NCBI GenBank assembly: GCA_041310895.1
Contig: JBFYWT010000014.1
Span: forward strand, 1 to 37,189
Source of the DNA: Desulfobacteraceae bacterium
GTDB taxonomy: Bacteria; Desulfobacterota; Desulfobacteria; Desulfobacterales; SpSt-501
Direction: 5' to 3'
Length of the DNA stretch: 37,189 nt
Positions 1-7,834 of the stretch are shown one piece after another. Numbering within the stretch: position 1 is the first letter of the stretch; each line of letters begins with the position of its first letter. The notes under the pieces are model-generated. The model saw only the letters and a list, made by a program, of their open reading frames with translations. It did no database searches and was not told the origin of the DNA. Both the position numbers and the translations under genes were made by a program.

Positions 1-68
1 ACCCTTTTTACTTCGTAAGAACGACTTAACTGTTACCTACTGTCCGCCAGGGCGTCGGCCGGGATGGT

Positions 69-374
69 TTATTTCCTGAAAACGGAAAACAGCTTGCCGA
101 GAACGTTTTCGCCCAGATTGCTAAGAGCCGCCAGTTCGCCCTTGTCAAGCCAGATGCCTTCACAATCCGAACAGCGGTCGATTTTGATGCCGCGATAATC
201 GATTTCCACAAGATGCATGCCGCATTTCGGGCACTGCATGTGATGAAGGTTCTTTAACCGCTCCTTTTCGGAGGCGGCCAGTTTCTGCTGTTTTGCCTGC
301 TCCAGCTTTTTCAGACGTTCGAATTCAAGGAGAGCGAAATATTCCTCTTCTTTTTCTGTCGGTTGTACGGGCAT
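69..374 (-). CDS. TFIIB-type zinc-ribbon domain protein (small, coiled-coil N-terminus)
   Basis: 101-aa ORF. The C-terminal half carries CPKCG...x...CSDCEGIWLDKGEL, the pattern of the zf-TFIIB family. AAGGAGA lies 6 nt before the ATG at 374. Confidence 0.7.
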   Translation of the reverse strand: MPVQPTEKEEEYFALLEFERLKKLEQAKQQKLAASEKERLKNLHHMQCPKCGMHLVEIDYRGIKIDRCSDCEGIWLDKGELAALSNLGENVLGKLFSVFRK

Positions 375-427
375 CTTGTTTCTCCTTGTGTTTGTCCGAT
401 GAAAAAAAATTACGTTGATACGCCCTA

Positions 428-456
428 TATTTACTGGTGCCGCTATGGTGTGTCAA
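428..456 (-). promoter_or_regulatory. candidate sigma-70 promoter for the zinc-ribbon gene
   Basis: Minus strand reads TTGACA (456-451), 17-nt spacer, TAAATA (433-428), preceded by a T-run. About 50 nt upstream of the ATG at 374. Confidence 0.35.
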
Positions 457-537
457 TAAAAAAATGCAGCTTCCCATTAATCCGAGTGACGCAGACGGGC
501 TTGATCGCAGCTGTCATCCCGCTTGTCATCTCTACAT

Positions 538-757
538 TTACCAATGATGGTGGGGGAGGGACCACTCTTGGGTTTCTAAATTCCGGCCGTTTCCTAGAAA
601 CGCGAGGACGTCATCAGTGGGTATGGATTTGATCTGCCTGTCGCTGAACGCTTCGTGGAACCGGGTGAAAATGAACTCATAGTTCTTGAGCGTATTTTTT
701 TTTCGAGTTCAACCGATGGTGCTGCCTGAAAGATTGGATGGCCTGGCTGACCTTCAT
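538..757 (-). pseudogene. remnant of a tyrosine recombinase/phage integrase (N-terminal SAM-like domain only, frameshifted)
   Basis: ATG at 757 is preceded by AGGAGG. Translation MKVSQAIQSFRQHHRLNSKK runs into a 9-nt homopolymer (695-703) and stops. A -1 shift restores NTLKNYEFIFTRFHEAFSDRQIKSIPTDDVLAFL, typical of integrase N-terminal domains. No catalytic domain follows. Confidence 0.4.
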
Positions 758-1000
758 AGGGCACCTCCTGGTTTGATGGGTTGATTGTGAAGGGGCACTG
801 TCCAATCTGGGAGTTTAGGATTACCAGACCAAAGGTGCAAGATTTTCCGGTATTCAGAAAGGTTGCGGGTCTGGCAACGCAAAATGAACCTCAAACCACT
901 TTCAAATTCGTTTGATTGCTATTGTCAATTTCAAGGCTTTCTGAGCACTGACGGAGATATTCAGCTTGGCAAGGCCATTTTTCCCACCCAATTCAGATAA

Positions 1001-1050
1001 ATAAGGCAGGGCCCTGTCCCTGACTCAGGTCGAGCGCCCTGCCTTATTTT
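1001..1050. terminator. hairpin terminator downstream of the OsmC gene (possibly bidirectional)
   Basis: Perfect 12-bp arms ATAAGGCAGGGC (1001-1012) and GCCCTGCCTTAT (1036-1047), flanked by a T-run on the plus strand and TTATTTAT on the minus strand. The loop is rather large (23 nt). Confidence 0.5.
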
Positions 1051-1095
1051 TGGTCATAACTTGGTGCGCTAAGGCTATTTGAAGCTGTGCTGTCG

Positions 1096-1692
1096 CTATT
1101 TTTCAAGTTTCACAGAAACTGGGACGGCTCTTGTGATTGTGTCGAATACCGGAGAATAAGTAGGCCCGAGCTGGACAATCTCTTCAAGCTTTTCATCCGG
1201 GGCATCGGCATCGATCTTGAAAAACATCCTGATCTCTTTATAGCCCCGTGGTACCTCTTTGGATAGCCCCAGAAATCCCTGAAGATCGATATCTCCCTCC
1301 AGTCTGGATTCCACCGAATTCAATTTAATACCCTTGGCCGCTGCATGGTAGACGATCGAGGTGGTCACACATGCTGCAAGGGCGGTAAGGGCATACTCCA
1401 CCGGGTTTGGGCCGATATCCTCTCCCAACAGCAAAGGCGGTTCATCCGCATCCAGTTCAAACGGTTTATTGTGTGGGTTGTCCTTTTGGGCACCATAAAA
1501 GTTTTTAATGTATGTGCGGTTATGTCCGCCTTTGAACCATTTGTTGTTGGCTTTAAACTTGAACGTTGCAATTACAGGTGTACTTTTAATGGCATCTATT
1601 GTTTCGAACAGTTTATCCACGTCAACTCCGTTTACGGGCTCTCGGCTTTTAATTTTTTCGGCTGTCTGTTTCATAATATTCTTTCCTTTCAT
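1096..1692 (-). CDS. OsmC family protein (extended N-terminus)
   Basis: 198-aa ORF. GPNPVEYALTALAACVTTSIVYHAAAKGI and the C-terminal PVFDTI resemble the OsmC/Ohr-like fold. The alternative ATG at 1674 has a better AAGGAAAG SD. The gene is clearly AT-richer than the rest of the window. Confidence 0.8.
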   Translation of the reverse strand: MKGKNIMKQTAEKIKSREPVNGVDVDKLFETIDAIKSTPVIATFKFKANNKWFKGGHNRTYIKNFYGAQKDNPHNKPFELDADEPPLLLGEDIGPNPVEYALTALAACVTTSIVYHAAAKGIKLNSVESRLEGDIDLQGFLGLSKEVPRGYKEIRMFFKIDADAPDEKLEEIVQLGPTYSPVFDTITRAVPVSVKLEK

Positions 1693-1772
1693 TTAATCTT
1701 TCGTGATCGATGCGGTTTTTGTTAAGCTGAACCCACAACCAAAGATGCCCATCCCGCTTATTTTCGATCACC

Positions 1773-3509
1773 TTATCTGGTTTTTTCTGCTTGCGCCGCT
1801 ATCGCGATTTTTCCCGCACCCATGAACCGGGATGCGGTCAATTTCACGTCCGCCCGGCTCCAGGCGGCATTGAATCGGCGCTCGATCACGGCCGCTTGTT
1901 CTTCCTTGCCCTGGACGCGGAGGCTTTGCATCAAACCAAACAGGGCCCAGCCGTTCTCGCGGTTGTGATCGAGGTCCTGCCAGTAAACGGCTTCCGCCTC
2001 AGCGGCCCTGCCGGCGGCCAACAACACCGCCCCCAACGACTGCCGCACCGGCACATGCCAGTCCGGGGGCTCCATGTAAATCAGGTTGTCTTCAAGAAGC
2101 ACTCCGCGATGAAGCCGGGCGATGGCCTGCTCGAAATCTCCCCGCGCCGCGGCGATCTCCCCTGCCAGCACCTCGACAGCGATTTCCAGAATCGCAAGCG
2201 CGCCGTTCCGCGAAAAGGTAACTCGCAGCCCCTTCATCGCATCCATTGCTGCGATCTGTTGCAAGTGGCCGAGCTCCCGGGCCGCATCCTCAAGTCGGCC
2301 GGTGGCGGTATAGGCCAGTCCGCGTGCGTAGTGCCAGACCCCTTTTATAAAGTGCACGTCCTGGTCCGGGGCGGGTTCCTTGAGGATCTCTTCCCATTTC
2401 CCAAACCGGGTGTAGGCGAACAGAGGGGCTACAAGAAACTGCTGCAGCAAAGCCATCGACCGCCAAGCTTCCTCCGGGATTCGAGATGCCACCTTAAGCG
2501 CGGCCTCGATGGAGTCCCGGCTGCGCCCCTCCATGCTCGTAGAGTCCCACAAGAAATGAACGTTGTGCGGGTAATAGGCCAGCGGGTACACCCCCTGGGC
2601 ACGACACTGGGTGATGTAGTCTTCGTCGGCGGCAATAGCCATCTCGTTGGTTCTGCTGGCATCCGCGTAGCGTCCGAGCTGGCGGAAGATGTGCGACGGC
2701 ATATGCACCAGGTGCCCGGCTCCGGGCGCGAGCGTCAGAAGCCTTTCAGCGGCGGCTTCGGCCAATTCGGGGCGTCCTACTTCAACCGTGTGGATGTAGA
2801 GGTGAATAGCTCCGGGGTGGTTCGGTTGCCGGGCCAGCACGGATTCCAGCACGCGCATGATCTCAAGGGTCTCCGGATAAGGCGCGCCGTCCCGCATCCA
2901 GTAATCCCAGGGCCGCAGATCCATCAGCGCTTCCGCATACAGAGTGGCAGCATCGAGATCGTCCGGGAAGCGGTTGTGCAGCGCACGCATGGCGTCGGCA
3001 TACGCTCGATCTAGTGCACCCCGGTCAGCATGCGCGTCGCCGGAATAGCGCCGAGACAAGGCCTCGATGTAGGCCTGCTCCTTTTCAGAGACGCCCTTCT
3101 TCAGCGTCATCGCCCTCTGAACCAATTTGTATGCTTGAGGCTCCGCATCAGCTGACATGTTTATGTTGATGTTGGGACCGCCCACCAGCGCCATGCCCCA
3201 ATATGCCATGGCGCAGGCTGGATCAAGACGCGCCGCCTCACCAAAGGAACGGGCAGCTTCCGCATGGTTGAACCCGTAGGCCAACATCAGAGCCTGGTTG
3301 ATGAAGAGTTGGGCATCTTTTGAAGTCGTAGTGACCGGGAAAATATAGCTGCCCAAGTTCTGCAGCCGAGGGGCTCTCTGGTCTGCTATGGCAACCGGTG
3401 GACCGTCATGATTAGGGCCTGCCGATACTGGTGAAATGAGACCGTTCATCCCAACTCCGAGAGTTAGGATCACGAATGAAGCAATCAAGATATGTAGTCG
3501 AGTTTTCAT
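1773..3509 (-). CDS. secreted tetratricopeptide-repeat protein
   Basis: 578-aa ORF with an N-terminal signal-like segment (MKTRLHILIASFVILTLGVG...VSAG), followed by repeated A/L/Y-rich helical TPR-like units. GAGG SD lies before the ATG. Confidence 0.75.
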   Translation of the reverse strand: MKTRLHILIASFVILTLGVGMNGLISPVSAGPNHDGPPVAIADQRAPRLQNLGSYIFPVTTTSKDAQLFINQALMLAYGFNHAEAARSFGEAARLDPACAMAYWGMALVGGPNININMSADAEPQAYKLVQRAMTLKKGVSEKEQAYIEALSRRYSGDAHADRGALDRAYADAMRALHNRFPDDLDAATLYAEALMDLRPWDYWMRDGAPYPETLEIMRVLESVLARQPNHPGAIHLYIHTVEVGRPELAEAAAERLLTLAPGAGHLVHMPSHIFRQLGRYADASRTNEMAIAADEDYITQCRAQGVYPLAYYPHNVHFLWDSTSMEGRSRDSIEAALKVASRIPEEAWRSMALLQQFLVAPLFAYTRFGKWEEILKEPAPDQDVHFIKGVWHYARGLAYTATGRLEDAARELGHLQQIAAMDAMKGLRVTFSRNGALAILEIAVEVLAGEIAAARGDFEQAIARLHRGVLLEDNLIYMEPPDWHVPVRQSLGAVLLAAGRAAEAEAVYWQDLDHNRENGWALFGLMQSLRVQGKEEQAAVIERRFNAAWSRADVKLTASRFMGAGKIAIAAQAEKTR

Positions 3510-3819
3510 AAACGCCTCGCAACGATGTTGGAGAGTTGATGGATTGGACCGATGCTTTGGCTTTCCGAAAACCGCTTCGAAGGGAATTGGAGGTTCTAAA
3601 TTCAGCCTGAGCGAATCAATAAAATGCGATGAGCGAGAGAGAAAATCGAAATATAGCGTTCCACAGCGGCTTAACGGAATTGAACGCGGCTAGGACATGA
3701 AAAATTTGGATCAAGAAGATCAGAGTGCTCCATGCACCTCAGCCGATATAAAACCATAGTGTCACGGTGTGGGATTTCAAGGGGGAGCGAATGAATTTTC
3801 GTACAACACGGCTGTACAA

Positions 3820-3975
3820 GGACCGCTCGCGCCTCGCGGTCTGTATTGCTGTTCGTTCGTTCCGGTCTTCGCGGTGCTCCTCCTGGGCGAGGCCCTCACG
3901 CTCTCTCTCGCCGCGGGTGCGGCACTCGTCTGCACCGGGGGGTGCCTCACCACCCTCGGCGGCCACCGCTCCTGA
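3820..3975 (+). pseudogene. possible C-terminal fragment of an EamA/DMT-family transporter
   Basis: Frame 3769-3975 ends ...VPVFAVLLLGEALTLSLAAGAALVCTGGCLTTLGG*. This resembles the last TM helices of EamA-domain transporters (PVFA..LLGE.L....GA.L...G). No upstream transporter body is present. Confidence 0.3.
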
Positions 3976-4146
3976 AGCGGCTTTTTTCACCAAGCTGCCG
4001 GCAGCTCAGGCGATTCAGCACCCCGGCAGAAGCTTCCAAGCTTTGATCCTCTGATCCCCGACTTCTTCAGGTAACATCCTCTGAGGTTTGGTCTGAATAA
4101 TTCACATCATGATGTGGCCTATCGAAAACGATATCAAGTTGGCCGC

Positions 4147-5127
4147 TTATCGATCCATATCGACCAGAAAGTGCCCCTTGGCATTGAGCCTGGAGCGGTC
4201 GATGACCTCGAATACACCCAGCCCGAAGCCCAATCCGGTCACATAAACCCGGCTCCCCAAACCATGGACACTGCGGGTCTCACCCGGCGCAGCGTAAGCG
4301 CCAACGATGCGCAGAGATCCGGGCCTGCGGATATCGATGAGTTGGAGGCCGTGGGAGCCGTCGGCGGCAATGAGAAGATTATACAGGGGGTAAACGTTTT
4401 GAGCCTCGCCGGGTGTTTTCACGGATCCGACGACTTGCGGCCTCATCGGGTTTCTTATGTCGATCGCAACAATGCCTTCAGCCAAATCCGCCACATAGGC
4501 ATGGTTGGAAATGACGTGCACCGAGCGTGCATCGCGCAAGCCGCTGATGGAAGAAACCATTTTTGGATCGGTAGGTCTGCGGATGTCAATGATTTGAAGT
4601 CCAGCCCTGCCGTCAGCCACAAAGGCATGGTTGGCGGCGACATCGACATGACACGCTTCACCCGGCGTGTTGATTGCCGCCACGACTCGCGGACGCGCTG
4701 GGTCACGAATATTGATGATCTGAAGACCTGACGGCCCATCCGCCACGAGTGCATAATTGCTGAAAACAATAACCTCGCGTGCGTCCCCCGGTGTATCAAC
4801 CGAACCGGTAATCACTGGATTGGTCGGGTTGCGAATGCCAACGATTTGAAGACCAGCGGAGCCGGCCGCCACATAGGCAAAGCTGCCGGCTGCGAAGACC
4901 CCCTTCGCCTCACCGGGCATATCAACTGTTGCCACCCGCTTTGGATCGGCCCGCCTGCGGATGTCAATCACGGATAACCCGTTCCCCCCTCCCGCAACAT
5001 AGGCATGATGCCCGAGTACATACACATCCAATCCCACCAGTGGCCTTTCCCCCGCGGTGGCTGCAGCCGATATCAGACTCTGGAAAAGCGCCGAACACAT
5101 CACCAGCAGAAAAAAAATTCGTATCAT
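4147..5127 (-). CDS. secreted LVIVD-repeat (beta-propeller) protein
   Basis: 326-aa ORF with a signal-like N-terminus. It has about 7 tandem ~42-aa units of the form G.GLQI(I/V)DIR.P..P..V....TPG.A..V.V..N.A(Y/F)VA, matching the LVIVD repeat. Confidence 0.8.
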   Translation of the reverse strand: MIRIFFLLVMCSALFQSLISAAATAGERPLVGLDVYVLGHHAYVAGGGNGLSVIDIRRRADPKRVATVDMPGEAKGVFAAGSFAYVAAGSAGLQIVGIRNPTNPVITGSVDTPGDAREVIVFSNYALVADGPSGLQIINIRDPARPRVVAAINTPGEACHVDVAANHAFVADGRAGLQIIDIRRPTDPKMVSSISGLRDARSVHVISNHAYVADLAEGIVAIDIRNPMRPQVVGSVKTPGEAQNVYPLYNLLIAADGSHGLQLIDIRRPGSLRIVGAYAAPGETRSVHGLGSRVYVTGLGFGLGVFEVIDRSRLNAKGHFLVDMDR

Positions 5128-5285
5128 AAGCCCTCTTCATCCATGGAGATTGAATCGTGCCGTTATTGGAACGCAATCGACAAGCACCTCCAAAATTGCA
5201 CGTGCTCCCTGACGGCGGATTCAGGGATAGATGGTGCCGCGAGGCGATCTGCCGTAAAATCCGATCAACGCCATGCCGGTGCGCA

Positions 5286-6656
5286 TTATTTGTTCTTGCG
5301 CCAGCGGTGGTGGCTGATGCCGAGTTTTTTGACGCGGTAGTTCAGGGCGCGGGGCGAGATCCCGAGCTGGCGGGCGGCGTCCTTCTGGATCCATAGATTG
5401 TCATCGAGCGCGCGCGAGATGAGCTCCCGCTCCTGGTCGGCCGTCAACTTGAGATTCGGTTTCAACTCCACCGCGGGGGCCGCCGGACGGTGGAGCTCGG
5501 GCAGGGAGACGCTTCCGGGCTGAATGACCGGTCCCTCCTCCACCAGGATGGCGCGTTCGATCGTGTTCGAGAGCTGGCGGATGTTGCCGGGCCAGGGGTA
5601 TTCCTGGAACATGCGGATCACTTCCGGGGAGAAGGCGGTGGCAGGTTTCTTCAGTGAGCGGCCGAGCTTGTTCAACAGGTAGAGCGCGAGCGGTTCGATA
5701 TCGGCGCGCCCCGCGCGCAGCGGCGGCAGGTGGATGCGCAGCACGTTGATGCGGTAGTAAAGATCCTCCCGGAATCGGCCTTCCCCCACCAGCGACTCGA
5801 TATCACGGTTGGTGGCGGCGATGACCCGGACGTCGGACTGGATGGTTTTGTTTCCGCCCAGACGCTCGAAGGATTTGTCCTCGAGCACCCGCAGCAGCTT
5901 GGACTGCAGCCCGAAGGAGAGCTCGCAGAACTCGTCCAGGAAGAGGGTGCCGCCGTGCGCCTGCTCGAAGCGGCCGGTGCGGGTCTTGTCGGCCCCGGTG
6001 AAGGCGCCCCGCTCGTGTCCGAAGAGTTCGCTCTCCAGAAGGGTCTCCGGGATGTTGGCGCAGTTCACTTTGATGAAGGGCTTTTGGCGGCGTGGGCTGT
6101 TGAAGTGGATGTTGCCGGAGACGAAGCTCTTGCCGGTACCGGTCTCGCCGGTGATGAGGATGGTGGATTCGGTCTGGGCCAGGCGACCGATCCCGGACAT
6201 GGTCTTCTGCATCGCGGGGCTGATGGCGATGATGCGCTGGGGGTCGTAGATCACGTCCTGTTCGCGCCGGAGGTAGTCGACTTCGTTCTGGAGACTGCGG
6301 TGCTTGATGGTGTGGTGCACCGAGTGGCTAAGCTTCTCGGGTGCGAAGGGTTTGGTGATGAAATCCGCGGCCCCGGCTTTTACGGCGGCGACGATCTGGC
6401 CGGAATCCGGGACACGGGAGACGACGATCACCGGGGTGTAGGGCGACAGCTGGTGGAGGGTCCCGATGACGCCCTCGATTTCGGTGTGCGGATCGCGCAG
6501 GTCGAACAGGATCAGGGCGAAGGACTCCTTCTGAAGCCGCTTGCCCGCATCGAGGATGCTGGGGGCGAGGCTCAACGTGAAGTCCTGGGCCAAGGCGTCG
6601 GCGTACGCGCCCGCCTCGTTTTCGACCTCGCCGATGATGAGAATGCGCTCCTGCAT
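5286..6656 (-). CDS. sigma-54-dependent Fis-family response regulator (NtrC class)
   Basis: Receiver domain (LILFDL), AAA+ core with GETGTGKS Walker A, an intact GAFTGA loop, and a C-terminal Fis-type HTH. I prefer the start at MQERILIIG (ATG 6656), 10 nt after the galE stop, over the longer track ORF that overlaps galE. Confidence 0.9.
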   Translation of the reverse strand: MQERILIIGEVENEAGAYADALAQDFTLSLAPSILDAGKRLQKESFALILFDLRDPHTEIEGVIGTLHQLSPYTPVIVVSRVPDSGQIVAAVKAGAADFITKPFAPEKLSHSVHHTIKHRSLQNEVDYLRREQDVIYDPQRIIAISPAMQKTMSGIGRLAQTESTILITGETGTGKSFVSGNIHFNSPRRQKPFIKVNCANIPETLLESELFGHERGAFTGADKTRTGRFEQAHGGTLFLDEFCELSFGLQSKLLRVLEDKSFERLGGNKTIQSDVRVIAATNRDIESLVGEGRFREDLYYRINVLRIHLPPLRAGRADIEPLALYLLNKLGRSLKKPATAFSPEVIRMFQEYPWPGNIRQLSNTIERAILVEEGPVIQPGSVSLPELHRPAAPAVELKPNLKLTADQERELISRALDDNLWIQKDAARQLGISPRALNYRVKKLGISHHRWRKNK

Positions 6657-6666
6657 CAGGTGCTCC

Positions 6667-7635
6667 CTATCGCTGCCGCTGGTGCCAGTGCCAGGCGGTG
6701 GCAATAATATTCTCCAGGCTGCTGTACTGCGGCGTCCAGTCAAGCTCCCGCCGCGCCTTTTCATTGGAGGCGATCAGAATGGGGGCGTCGCCCGGGCGCC
6801 GGGCGGCGGTTTGAGCGTGGAGCGGGCGCGCGGTGATCTCCCTGACCTTGCCGATGACCTCCCGCACGGAATACCCCTGGCCCTGCCCCAGGTTGAAGGC
6901 GCCGCCCGGACCGCCTGCCAGCAGGTGCTCCAGCGCCAGGACATGGGCCCGGGCCAGATCGGTCACATGGATGTAGTCCCGGATGCAGGTCCCATCGGGC
7001 GTCGGGTAGTCCGTGCCGTACACCTCCACCGGGCTGCCGGCGAGGGCCGCCGTCAGCAGGCGGGGGATCAGGTGGCTTTCGGGCGTATGCCGCTCGCCGA
7101 TCTCACCCGAGGCGTCGGCCCCGGCGGCGTTGAAATAACGCAGCGCCAGCGAGCGCAACCCCTGGGCCGTGCCGAAATCGGCCAGCATAATCTCCACCAT
7201 CTGCTTGCTCCAGCCATAGGGGCTTAAAGGTGCCCGGGGGTGCTCCTCGTCGATCGGCACCCGCTGCGGGCTTCCATAGACCGCGGCCGATGACGAGAAA
7301 ACCATCTGCCGGATCCCGTGCGCCGCCATGGCCCGGAGAAGATTCAGCGAGCCGGCGACATTGTTTTGGTAGTATGCCCCCGGGTCGGCGACCGACTCCC
7401 CCACCTCGATGAATGCGGCAAAGTGCATGACGGCGTCGATCCGGAAGCGGGCCAGGCAATCGGCGAGATCCGCGGTGCGGGTCGTGCAGCCCTGATAAAA
7501 ATCGCCCCAGCGAAGGTGCTCCCGGTGACCCTTGACGAGGCTGTCGAAGACCACCGGATGATACCCCCGGGCGGCAAGCTCCTTGCAGCAATGGGCGCCG
7601 ATGTAGCCTGCGCCGCCCGTGACGAGGATGTTCAT
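6667..7635 (-). CDS. galE: UDP-glucose 4-epimerase
   Basis: MNILVTGGAGYIGAH Rossmann motif, SPYGWSK (YxxxK) catalytic motif, and full-length similarity to GalE. The start was chosen at ATG 7635, giving the canonical N-terminus. Confidence 0.9.
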   Translation of the reverse strand: MNILVTGGAGYIGAHCCKELAARGYHPVVFDSLVKGHREHLRWGDFYQGCTTRTADLADCLARFRIDAVMHFAAFIEVGESVADPGAYYQNNVAGSLNLLRAMAAHGIRQMVFSSSAAVYGSPQRVPIDEEHPRAPLSPYGWSKQMVEIMLADFGTAQGLRSLALRYFNAAGADASGEIGERHTPESHLIPRLLTAALAGSPVEVYGTDYPTPDGTCIRDYIHVTDLARAHVLALEHLLAGGPGGAFNLGQGQGYSVREVIGKVREITARPLHAQTAARRPGDAPILIASNEKARRELDWTPQYSSLENIIATAWHWHQRQR

Positions 7636-7640
7636 ATAGC

Positions 7641-7834
7641 AATGCCTATAATGCCTAAATTGCCTATAATTCAAATGGGTTTCCAGCATGCTGTCTTAAT
7701 ACCCAAAAAGGGGTCCCACCTTATCCGAGCTTCCTTTTAGGGTTTCGTGTAATTACGACATTGTATTTATATCGGTTGGCTCCCTGAATCCTTTAATTTT
7801 AGGCATTATGGCATTTTAGCGCATTTTAGGCATT
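7641..7834. repeat. intergenic element: inverted arrays of a 9-nt tandem repeat (TGCCTAWAA) flanking a ~125-bp core
   Basis: The left array has 3 units at 7643, 7652 and 7661 (period 9). The right array has 4 reverse-complement units (TTTTAGGCA, TTATGGCA, TTTTAGCGCA, TTTTAGGCA) at 7797-7832. The core contains CGGTTGGCTCCC (7773-7784). It lies between the sat/cysC stop and the galE start. Confidence 0.7.

Noticed and set aside
363-632. 89-aa plus-strand ORF in the zinc-ribbon/integrase-remnant gap
   Set aside because: It has no SD and spans a promoter-like region and the antisense of the integrase remnant. Its composition is odd and no motif is recognised.
770-1000. tRNA gene or att site next to the integrase remnant
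   Set aside because: No T-arm-like GGTTCGAATCC-type box or cloverleaf-compatible inverted repeats were seen. The region looks like plain non-coding DNA.
3739-4054. Several overlapping 66-95-aa ORFs on both strands in the 3.5-4.1 kb gap
   Set aside because: They are mutually exclusive, Arg/Ser/Pro-rich frames. Only the frame ending in an EamA-like C-terminus has any recognisable signal, and it is reported as a possible remnant.
5128-5285. Sigma-54 (-24/-12) promoter upstream of the LVIVD gene, expected because an EBP gene lies directly upstream
   Set aside because: I scanned both strands by eye. The best candidates (GGCACGATTCAATCT and GGCACCATCTATCC on the minus strand) lack the invariant GC at -12 with correct spacing, so they are not supportable.
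6657-6764. N-terminal extensions in the ORF track (EBP to 6764, galE to 7689, eno from 14317, PSP1 to 24622, surE from 28895, tmk from 29765, ferredoxin from 33814)
   Set aside because: The extensions overlap neighbouring genes or lack an SD. They add non-homologous Arg-rich residues before canonical protein N-termini that have their own SD.
7641-7834. CRISPR array interpretation of the 9-nt repeat clusters (here and at 11696-11819)
   Set aside because: The units are only 9 nt and directly abut each other with no unique spacers. They occur as inverted arrays, and no cas genes are present.
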